Shown here: positions 1-9,794 of the stretch, one piece after another
Layout: every line of letters starts with the position of its first letter
Numbering within the stretch: position 1 is the stretch's first letter
Source of the DNA: Saprolegnia diclina VS20
Lineage: Eukaryota
NCBI RefSeq assembly: GCF_000281045.1
Contig: NW_008246071.1
Location: 495,912-521,517, forward strand
DNA length: 25,606 nucleotides
Reading direction: 5' to 3'
Made by a program: the position numbers and the translations under genes
The notes under the pieces: generated by a model
What the model saw: the letters and a program-made list of their open reading frames with translations, nothing else
Told to the model about the DNA's origin: nothing
Database searches by the model: none

Positions 1-901
1 ACGCTCGGTCCCGCGTGCTGCGCTTGGCGTCGTACAGCGCCTTGGCCGTCGGCGCGGCTGCAAGGAACGTATCGTACTTGCCGTTGCGGACCAGGTCGTC
101 GGCAGCGACGGGGCTCGCGCCGTTCACGGTGCACTGGAAGAGCTTGGGGTGCATTGTCGTCATTTGTTGGGCGTTCGTCTTGTGGCACACCTCCATCTCC
201 CACGTCTTGATGAGGTTCTGCACCATCCACTCAAGCGAGCCCGGCTTGTGGTTGTACGTTTTGCCTTGCAGGAAGAGAAGGTTCACGAGCGTGTAGTCCG
301 GCTTGCCCACGCGCCACTCGACGCTCGGGTCGTCGAGCGTGCTGCGCATCGGGACATGGTCGCCCAGCGTCGCTTGAAGCTTGGTGATCTCGGCACGGGC
401 GGCGTCCAGCGCCGTCGCCGATGTTGTAAGCGGAATGACGTTGGTGGGCACGTAGAGGTAGACCTCGGGTTCCATCGACGGCGTCGGTGGTGGTGACTCG
501 AAGACGCGCTGTGGTACGACTTTCGGGGTCTTGGGCCCAGCCACGCCCGTAAAGGCCATCGTCCACTTGTCAAAGTCGCGCTCGCATGTGGCGGCCACCG
601 TGAGCTGCGTCCCCGTGGGCGAGGCCACGACGAAGCCCATCTCGTGCTTGGCGCTCTTCTCGACGACAGCGACCTGGATCCGGTGTTTGTGCGGTTGTCC
701 TTCGAAGCGCGCCGTCGCAAACGCCAAGAGCTCGCCTTTTGTCAAGACAAAGTAGTAGGCCTTCCAGCTCCGAAAGAAGCCGCCCTTGAGTCGTAGCCAG
801 CCGCACGTAAAGACGGGCGCCGCCGGCATGTGCGACTGGTGCTTGCGCGACGCGCCACTGGCATCGGTCGTCCCGCTGGCACTACTCCTGAGCGTGGACA
901 T
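1..901 (-). CDS. PH domain fused to pathogen-related-protein (PRP, SnoaL/NTF2-like) domain; runs off the window start
   Basis: Not in the ORF track. Hand translation from ATG 901 (gccaccATG context) is open to position 1: MSTLRSSASG...CGWLRLKGGFFRSWKAYYFVL...DFDKWTMAF (PH beta1-beta2 and C-terminal Trp helix), then EWRVGKPDYTLVNLLFLQGKTYNHKPGSLEWMVQNLIKTWEMEVCHK...VNG...GKYDTFL, which resembles plant/fungal pathogen-related proteins. Confidence 0.8.
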   Translation of the reverse strand, partial: MSTLRSSASGTTDASGASRKHQSHMPAAPVFTCGWLRLKGGFFRSWKAYYFVLTKGELLAFATARFEGQPHKHRIQVAVVEKSAKHEMGFVVASPTGTQLTVAATCERDFDKWTMAFTGVAGPKTPKVVPQRVFESPPPTPSMEPEVYLYVPTNVIPLTTSATALDAARAEITKLQATLGDHVPMRSTLDDPSVEWRVGKPDYTLVNLLFLQGKTYNHKPGSLEWMVQNLIKTWEMEVCHKTNAQQMTTMHPKLFQCTVNGASPVAADDLVRNGKYDTFLAAAPTAKALYDAKRSTRDRA

Positions 902-907
902 GGTGGC

Positions 908-922
908 GAATTCAAAAGTGGC
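908..922 (-). promoter_or_regulatory. Inr/FPR-like oomycete core promoter
   Basis: GCCACTTTTGAATTC on the - strand immediately upstream of ATG 901; resembles the oomycete YCAYTYY-N-(C)AWTTY element. Confidence 0.45.
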
Positions 923-2167
923 ATCCAACTGCATGTCAAGCAAGCAAGCTACTGCGCCGGCAAAGATTTGATTTTCGAAGTTCGAAGCATCCCGTTCTCA
1001 TCCCAACGTGCGATCTTCTTGCACCTCAAAGGTTGCGCCGACCCGTGCACGAGAAGCCTGTGCCGGAACCCACGCTTGACGTGTCCATGACTTCGGAGAT
1101 CGACGGACGAGCGACACCAAGCAACGAGATCGCTGTCCGCCTCGGCGGTAACGGGGCGCGATCCGGTCGCCGTGGAGACCACGTTGACAACACCAAGCAA
1201 GGATAGTGGGACGAGGCGCTTTGATCGTACTACTCTACGTGCGGCGGCTGCTTCAAGCGCCCAGCCCCTTGTTTGTCGGTCCGGGAAAGGTTGCTCGCTC
1301 GTGGCCAAAAGTGCCAAAAATTGCGCTACTGGGAGCAGGTAGGGTTCCTGCGACGTGTACTGGAGCCTGCAGCGACTGCCCTCATGCAGCAACTGGTGGT
1401 CTCCGAAGTTGGTTGATTGCTACGAATTTCGAACGAGAAATGAGAATGCAACCTCGGGCCATCCTATTGCAGTCCTCTCGCGGGGGCGCTCGCAGTCTGC
1501 AGCCAGTATGTAGCTGCGAGCTACTTCCTGCACCGGTCGAGCTTCCATCGAACGTGTCGTCTTGCGCCATGCATACGAAGGCTGTGGTCGTCACCGCCCA
1601 GAGTGGCGTCTCAGGGCGCGAGTTACACTGCGGCACGTCGATCTTTCCACGACAGAGCCGCAATCGCAACGTCGAATGCAGCGCGGCCATTCTACTTGCC
1701 GAGCTCGTGCATGCACTTGCACGTGGCATGAATACATGTATGTGGGCCCAAGGCGGGTACCGGTATGGCTGGCACTACAGCGGCGCGACTTCGTGCGTCG
1801 ACGCGTGATGATGGGTGCTTCTTCCCTCGTTCCACATACCCTTCCACATATCTTCCTGGTGTCGTAGTAGGTGCACCCTGGTCGCAAAGATCCAACTCTG
1901 CTCTGCAGTTATCGACATGCATCGAGGAGCGCCATGTATCCCGACACTCAACCCGACCAAAATATGATCCTCCCATCGGATGCGAGGAGCGGTTCGGTTA
2001 CCGGTTAGCCGAACGGTTGGAAGAAATCCAGTGACGGTACGGCTGTCTGCGCGTTCGTGCTTGTACTTGGTTGTTGTATGCCAGGAAGGGGCGCGCATCT
2101 GGGCGCCCGGATACGCGTATCCGGATTGAAGATATTGAAGATGGGCCTGTCATTTCTGAACCCCAAA

Positions 2168-3555
2168 ATGTTCAAGCGCTGCTTCGCGACTGTGACCAAG
2201 AAGAAGCTCGGCGTCGAGCAGCTCGCGGCCCGCGGTGGCCTCAGCGGCAAGCGCGTGCTTGTCCGCGCCGACCTCAACGTGCCCCTGAGCAAGACCGACG
2301 TGACCAAGATCACGGACGACACGCGGATCCGCGAAGCCTTGCCGACGCTGCGGTACCTGCTTGCGAACGATGCCAAGGTCGTTTTGTGCAGCCACATGGG
2401 TCGCCCGAAGGGCAAGGTCAACGAAACCATGCGCCTCGCACCCGTTGCGCGCCGCCTCTCGGAGCTCCTCGGCCAGCCCGTCTTGACGACGCTCGAGTGC
2501 ATTGGCGCCGAGGTCGACGCGTCCAAGGCAGGCTTGAAGAGCGGCGACGTCCTCTTGCTCGAGAACCTTCGCTTCCATGCCGAAGAAGAAAAGAACGATG
2601 CGGGCTTTGCCCAAGCGCTCGCCAAGGACATTGACGTCTTTGTGAACGACGCCTTTGGCACGGCCCACCGCGCGCACGCGTCGACGGAAGGTGTCACCCA
2701 CTACATTTCGACGTCGGTCGCCGGCAAGCTTCTCGAGAAGGAGCTCAAGTACCTCTCGGAAGCCGTCGACGCGCCGAAGCGGCCTCTTGCGGCCATCATT
2801 GGTGGCGCCAAAGTCTCGACTAAGATCCCGGTCCTCGAGGCGCTGATTGAAAAGTGCGACAAGATCTTTCTCGGTGGCGGCATGATCTTCACCTTCTACA
2901 AGGCCCAGGTGCGTCCTGTAGCGTTATGTGACGTGAAACTAAGCGACGAGAAACGTGTAGGGTCTCTCGGTCGGTCAATCGATCGTCGAAGAAGACAAAA
3001 TCGCGCTCGCCAAGGAGCTCATGGACAAAGTTCGGATGAGTCACTGTATCTTGATCTCACGATGACGTACAGGCGAAGGCAAAGGGTGTCCAGTTCATTT
3101 TGCCGACAGACGTTATCGTTGGCGACAAGTTTGAAGCCGACGCGGCGAGCAAGGTTGTCAACGTCGACGCAATCCCGAGCGAATGGCTCGGTCTCGGTGC
3201 GTTCTTCTTGTCTCGCACACCGTTCTCACTGCTATTTTATACAGATATTGGCCCGAAGAGCCAAGAGCTGTTTGCCAAGGAGCTCGCCGACTGCGCAACC
3301 ATTGTCTGGAACGGCCCCATGGGCGTCTTTGAGTTTGAAAAGTTCGCCTCGGGCACCAACAGCGTTGCCAAGGTCCTCGCGGCGTGCACGAAGAAGGGCG
3401 CGACAACGATCATCGGTGGCGGGGACTCGGTCGCTGCTGTCGAGCAGTGTGGCCTCGCCGGCGAGATGAGCCACATCTCGACGGGTGGCGGTGCCAGCCT
3501 CGAGCTTCTCGAGGGCAAGGTCCTTCCGGGTGTCGCAGCGCTCAACGACGCCTAA
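2168..3555 (+). CDS. PGK: Phosphoglycerate kinase, probably mitochondrion-targeted; 3 introns (2909-2960, 3030-3072, 3197-3244)
   Basis: [62 protein letters not shown] and [15 protein letters not shown] motifs. GT-AG introns restore a single frame. N-terminus [14 protein letters not shown]. Confidence 0.97.
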
Positions 3556-3687
3556 GTGAAATGCACTTTTGCCGCTTCTTGTCGTCCTAAACGCGTTGCT
3601 AGATCCGACTAATACACACATTACGTACAGAGATGATCAGTATGCATTGGTGACATTGCAAGTTACAAAGGTTTGATGATTGTGGGT

Positions 3688-4287
3688 CTACACTATGGCC
3701 GCGAGAAGAACTACGAGGAAGCAAATCGCACTCATAGCACTTATGCGACGGCCTTGAGACGGCGTGGGCGCGATGTACTGAGCGTCCGAGCTGTTGGTGC
3801 TGTTCGAGGAGCTGTTGCCGGCTCGTGAACCGTTGATAGCAGTGGCAGTCGGGGTCGACGGCGTGGCTACCGATATAATACTCGTGGGTTCTGGAGCGCC
3901 GCCATTGCCAAACACGGAGAGGTAGCTGTCGAATGTGAGACTTTCCCACGTCAGCTGTGCTCGCGTCTGGGTCGAAATGAGGCGTGGCGTCGTTTTGATC
4001 GAGCATTCGGGCGACATGAGCGCGTACATCGCTGTCATCTGGTTGTAGGCCACAGCGCAGTTGTTGCTCGCATGGAACCGGAGAAATTGACCCTCCGTAA
4101 AGCTGGCCGTCGGACTCGCAATCACTGCAACGTCAACGTGGAGGCTGGCCGCGCACTCGGCGAAGGCACTCCCTCTGAAAATCGGATTGAGCGCAAGCGA
4201 AATTTGACTGATGTAGCACTCGGGCATGGCCATCGACGACGTGGCGAGGCTGATGAAAAGCAAGCTCTGCAACAAATTGAGACCCAT
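3688..4287 (-). CDS. Secreted elicitin-like protein with Ser/Thr stalk and probable GPI signal
   Basis: Signal peptide MGLNLLQSLLFISLATSSMA; Cys-spaced helical domain (PEC...ECAASL...FHASNNC...SPECSI); S/T/P/N-rich linker; hydrophobic C-terminus (AICFLVVLLAAIV). Confidence 0.65.
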   Translation of the reverse strand: MGLNLLQSLLFISLATSSMAMPECYISQISLALNPIFRGSAFAECAASLHVDVAVIASPTASFTEGQFLRFHASNNCAVAYNQMTAMYALMSPECSIKTTPRLISTQTRAQLTWESLTFDSYLSVFGNGGAPEPTSIISVATPSTPTATAINGSRAGNSSSNSTNSSDAQYIAPTPSQGRRISAMSAICFLVVLLAAIV

Positions 4288-4691
4288 GACTGTATCTTCA
4301 AATTCAAAAATGCATTGAGTGTCGAAGTTTGTGACGGACCCGAGATTTTAGGAATTTGCGCTGGTGTCGGGTGCAGAGATAGTGCCTTCGGCAGCGCTGT
4401 GAGAATTCCCGTGTCGGTACATACACCACGTAGTAATCGACCGTTGGAAAAGCTACCGGCACGGTGCGAATGTGTTTCTTTTTGGCTGGATATAGATGCT
4501 AGGCCACGATGCATGGCACAGGAGGATGCCACGTCATTCTTTCATTGTGCATATTCTTTCATATACGATTTCACAGGTTAAATACGTACATGGAATGTAC
4601 GTGATGTACGCTTTCGTACGTTCATGTACATTTCACCAAGATCGCGAGGGCCAAAGCTCCATTTGCCGCGCTGGACGAAGAAGACCTGCTG

Positions 4692-7600
4692 ATGAACTCC
4701 ACCCGTGAGACCCACGAAGACAATCATGATGAAGAAGGGAGGAAGCTCATGTGCTGCCTCCAGGGAAGACGACGCGAGCGCGCAAGACGGAGACGTCGAA
4801 GGGAACGAAGCGGAAGAAGGGGCCAAGCCATCCGGCAGACGACGATGCGAGCGGTTCCTCGGACGACGATGTCGACCCCAACAACGAGCTCGAGCACGAG
4901 ACCCAAGGCGAAAATGGCCTGGACGAAGAGCCCCGTGAGGTCTTCATGGCCCTCTTCATCGAGAAGGGGAAGCTCGGTGTCGCAGTCTACGATGCCATGT
5001 CTACGAAGCTCAAGACCGCGCAGATACCGATCACGAACTCGGACCTTTCCCTCGTACGTCACGTGCCTAGCATAGCAAGGACGTTCACGGGAGAAGTAGA
5101 CGCTCGAAATGCTCAAGACGCAGATGGAGCCACGAGCGATCGTCGTCTCCCACCGCAACTTTGCCAAATTCGACATAGACTTTCTCAAGTCGGACGAGTA
5201 CACGGAGGTGTGCCACCGCAAAGTACGACGTCGCTATACAACTCGAGGGCTCACACGTGCGATTTGTTCTTTCTCTACTTTTGCGCTTCATCACAGCCCT
5301 CGGGTACACTCACCTTCATAACTCCAACGTGTTCTACTGGGCATGCATAGACTTTGGATACGCCAAGGCTTGCAAATCCATTGCCAACTTGCGTATCGGC
5401 ACGGACTGGGAGCACTACGGCCGTGATTTGAGCGAGACGACTGAGCACGACCTCTTTCATTGTGATTGGAAAGCGCTTACGACTATGACGGCTAGACGGG
5501 AAGTGTTCAAGTACCTCGGCAGCTTCTTTGACTTCGACTCGCTCGAGATGATTCGGGCCGTCGGAGGTAATGCTCTACTTTCCCTGGAATGCTTCGATGA
5601 GCTCATTCATTTGATCGATTTGTAGCGCTCTTGATTTTTCTTTCGGCCGAAAACGTTTGTCTTTGGAGCCCATGGACGCGATTTTTATGGTTTTGATGTA
5701 GATTGTCAACCAGCTCGAGACGACAACGACCATCTCGATTCTTGCGGTTGAGAAAGCGTCGCTGGATGGCGTGATGTTGATCGATGCCATCGCTCTGAAG
5801 TCGCTCCAAATCTTCAACGAGGTACCCTCATGTAGGATTCGGAATAGACTATGCTAACGGGCTCATGCATAGGAATACCACCCATCGCAGCTCCGTGTAT
5901 GTGAGCTGGTGCACCCTCTCCAAGTTTCAATGTGAACTGCAATTTAGGCATGGGAAAAGTCCAAGGAAGGCTTCAGGTATCATGGAGGACTCTAGACCTT
6001 GGCGTGACGCTATCTCAATAGCATTTTCTCGCTCCTTGACCACACGATGACCAAGTGCGGCAAAGCCATGCTACGGCAATGGATGCTCAAACCGCTAACC
6101 GACATTGACGCGATCGAAGCCCGCCAAGATGCCATCCAGTTCTTCTTGGCATCAAGTCGCAATGACCTCGTCAACTCTCTCGTACGTCAAAACGATAGGA
6201 TCCGTTCTCGGTGCTCATAGCGTCGGAACGATGCACGTAGCTCGTCAAGCTCAAGGCTTTTAAAGACGTTGCGCGCAGCCTTCTTCACATGAAGCAAATG
6301 CGCTCGTCGGTGCAGGACTGGACTGTGTTCTACCAGTCCCTCAACAACTTTCTTGGCATGCGGTAAGTGTATTGATAAGATCACCAGGTAGCCGAGCGCT
6401 CGCTCGTAGGAAAGAAGTGACAAAGCTGCCCCGCGATATTCTCGACTCTATTCGCCTTCTTGAGCGTATCGCAAGCTTGGAGTCGTTGGAGCAAGTGTCC
6501 AACATGCTCGGCAACGTCATCGACTTTGAAGCAAGCAAGGACGAAGCCTACTGCGTCATCCGCGAGGGAATCTCCGAGGAGCTTGACCAAGCTCGGGAAA
6601 AGTTTGGCGAGATTGACAATGTCCAACTAGTCCCTAACGTTTCCTTGGGTATAACCCTCCTTGTTGTAGGTGCTTCTCGACATGTCCAATGTGCTGGCCA
6701 ATGCGTACCCCGAAATGCGTGGGATCGCCGTTCAGTACATCCCTCGCATCGGCTACGCCATTTGCTGCCCGCAGAGTTGCCAAGTCCCGCGAAGCTTTGA
6801 GTTTCAGTTTGAAGACGGGCTCCAGCGCTTTTACAAGGTAAATCATCGGACGATTGTCGATACTAGTATAGCGCAACATGTTTTCTAGGACGTGCGCTGC
6901 TGCAAGCTCGACGAAAGCTATGGGGATATACATGGCCAAATTTTGGATCTCCAGCAAGGTACAACTCCATTACGCAATCTGCTACACCACGTTTTATCTA
7001 AATACCTCGACTTCACAACACCAGGCTTGCTTCTGGAGCTTTACGACGAGCTCATGGAGCACGAAGTCACGTTTTACGGTACAGCATGGTGTCTTGAAAC
7101 ACGAGTGATTCACGTTGAGCGATAGACATGATCGACGTGGCTTCGGAGCTAGACTGCTTCCTCTCTTTGGCCCGAGCTGCGCGCGAGTTCAATTTTACTC
7201 GGTGAGAAAATCTCTGCATTGGCATAGGATTGACACATGAGACTAGGCCGGTCATGTGCGAAGACATCACGTTCGTCGCCAAGACCGCGCGGCATCCGCT
7301 GCAAGAGCTCACGGTCGAGTCATACATCCCCAACGACGTCTCGCTCGACACCGCAACGGGCTTGATCCACGTTCTTACGGGTGAAAACGGGTCTGGTACG
7401 TTCTTCAATACTTCGTGAGTTATGTATGCTCAAGACTGTACGGCAGGCAAATCTGTCTACTTGAAGATGGTTGGTGTGCTCCAGTACATGGCCCAACTTG
7501 GATCCTTCATCCCCGTGTCGGAAGGTACTCAATAGTTTTGAGAAGCGCAAAATGCATCGTAGTCCAGCTCGCATCGGCATCGTGACCAAGCTCTTCACGC

Positions 7601-8571
7601 GTATTCAGAGGTACGAGATACCTCATGTTGCGCCAGTGGTGTGACGACCGTGCTTTTGATGCCAGCTTCGAGACTGTGTTGCTGTCGCACAGCTCTTTTA
7701 CGATTGACTGCAACCAAGTGCGTGCTCTAGTATCAGCCGTGGTTGTGAGTTTTCGTTTCCAAAGATTGCAACGATGCTCCGCCATTGCGACGAGCGCAGT
7801 CTACTGCTCATTGACGAATTCGGCAAAGGTATTTTGTATTGATTCAAGCGCCGAAAGTGCCTCACAGAACCAGGCACGTCTGCGATTGATGGAGTTTGCC
7901 TTCTGGTCTACCAAATCGCATACATGCAGCGCGCAACGAACATCGTGTAGGCGGCAGTGCTCAAGGACCTCAAAGACACCGTCCTGCGCCACGGGGGCCC
8001 GAAAATTCTCATGACGACACACTTTTTGGTACATCATTTACAACATGGTATCAGCTTTACTCACACGTCCCACATAGGAAATCTTTCAGGAGCCATACTT
8101 GCGCGACCACTTGGAGTTTCGCGAAGTGCACCAAATTGAGTGCAAGGACCAGGCTCGTATCATCGAGGAGACGTCCACAATCGCTTGTTTCGTCATGTCG
8201 TCCGTGCCGATCAACGTGGCGTCAAAGGGCAACGTGCCAACCGCGGCCCTCTTCGAAGTAGTTCCGGGCATTGCGACCTCGAGCAACGCGTTTCGCTGTG
8301 CGACGGTCGCAGGTATCGACAAGAAGCTCTCGAGCATCTGAGATTCCATGGTGCAACAGGAGTCAACGAGCGCGTACTGACACGCGCCCATGATATTCTC
8401 GACTGTCGCCGGTCCAAGACGCCAATTGCGCCGTTGGCAGACACCAACAACCGCGATGAAGCGTTCGAAGTCTTGACGATGCTGTTTGTCAACGAATCCA
8501 ACTGGCTCAATGCGTCAAGTTCGTCGCTCCACGCGCTTCTCGACCAAGCCCGCTCCATCTCACTCGACTAA
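4692..8571 (+). CDS. MSH5: MutS homolog 5 (meiotic MutS-gamma subunit), about 20 or more short introns; 5' end uncertain
   Basis: Spliced reading gives IDAIALKSLQIFNEEYHPS...KSKEGFSIFSLLDHTMTKCGKAMLRQWMLKPL, ARHPLQE, VLTGENGSGKSVYLK (Walker A), MAQLGSFIP, LFTRIQS, SSFTIDCNQ, SLLLIDEFGKGT and MTTHF. No mismatch-binding domain I was seen. First intron proposed at 4705-4763. Confidence 0.92.
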
Positions 8572-8603
8572 AACACGCAGTGTATGCATTCAAATATAAG
8601 GAT

Positions 8604-9419
8604 TCACGCGTCGAGCAACGTAAAGTCCAAGATGCCTTCCGTGTCAAATAGGCCGTTGCACGAGTCGTCGAGGTAGATTTCTTCGGGCGTCGGCGGCGTC
8701 GATCGCCACATGCTCTCGGGGTCTACACGCTTTGGCGATCCAAGCTCGAGAAATGCGTGGTCACAATACCGGGGAGTGTGTCGAGGGTTGTGTCAAAGGA
8801 CGCTTCCAGAGCCAAGAGCTCGGCCGCTTTCTTCTGCGCTGCCTCTTTGGCGGCTTCGTCTTTCCACGCCTGCACTTGCGCGTCGAGCTGGTCGTGGAGT
8901 CCCTTCATGTAGTACACGTCGTCGTTTGTCGAGACACCACCGTGGGCGAGCTCAATGTCCTATACCATTGCATAGCTCAAGTGCGTAAACAATGCATTGT
9001 ACGTCGTCGGCGGACACGCGCGCGGGTGAGGCGCCATCGACAGCTGGTGCTGTACTCGCCTTGCGCGGCGCTGAGGCGTCGACCGGCGTCTGGAAGCGCT
9101 GGCCTTTGCCCGCAGCTTCAAAGAGCGTGCTGCCCAGATCGGTAGCAAAGCTGTTGGATATGTCACCCAGTGCACGCCTACAAACCTAGCTACAGCGCGG
9201 GTACACGGCTCGTCGTACCGCTTGGCCTTGGCGTCCTTCTTCACCTTCGGCGGGCCAGGCAAGGAGCCTTGGGCGTCCATCGACTGCTTCAGCGAGAGTC
9301 CTAGCATACATCATCTTGGGCATCTGGCGCATGTATAGCACTGGACCTTCAAAGACGAGCTTTCGGCGGACCGTCGGCGAGTTCTCCTTGGCATGACCAG
9401 CTTCCTGCACGAGCTCCAT
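8604..9419 (-). CDS. Orphan ~200-210 aa protein with KEN box/D-box; candidate securin-like cell-cycle regulator; 4 introns
   Basis: Introns 9301-9346, ~9151-9185 (donor uncertain), 8960-9002 and 8723-8769 join track fragments into one ORF: MELVQEAGHAKENSPTVRRKLVFEG...KVKKDAKAKR...SPARVSADDDIELAHGG...TLPDPESMWRSTPPTPEEIYLDDSCNGLFDTEGILDFTLLDA*. The gene model is well supported; the function is inferred. Confidence 0.7.
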
Positions 9420-9580
9420 CGCGGCAATGCAGCGTCCGGATACTATCCGGACAACGGCTTCTCTGCATTACAGCATCAAGTGTGGGAGGTTGTATGATGC
9501 GTCGATTGTTGCCTGCCATCAGCATCGCGTCATCGTGTGCCTGCTGCCACCAGCCAATTCGATTGCTTCTGCGTGTCGCG

Positions 9581-9770
9581 TTTGGCGCAGTGTATTCGTT
9601 TATACAGGTATTGCGTACGATTGGCCAATAGTTCGAGATGGGCAGCGTTGATTGGCGCGTTGGTCGCTGATAACGCGATACGATTGGTCCGCATCTGGAT
9701 TTGCCACAAGAGGCGCGACGCGGTCTATTTTATTATCTTGCGGCTTGTATCGAGTGGTGGTTTGACGTCA
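9581..9770. promoter_or_regulatory. Divergent promoter with CCAAT-box array, E2F-like site and CRE-like palindrome
   Basis: ATTGG at 9620, 9651 and 9683; CCAAT at 9625; TTTGGCGC at 9581; TGACGTCA at 9763-9770; lies between ATG 9419 (-) and ATG 9795 (+). Confidence 0.5.
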
Positions 9771-9794
9771 GTCGCCGATTTGCTCATCATCGCC

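Noticed and set aside
5948..5976. Suspected frameshift in the MSH5 A-run
   Set aside because: A phase-0 GTATGT donor at 5897 gives an in-frame HPSQLR-AWEKSKEGFS junction.
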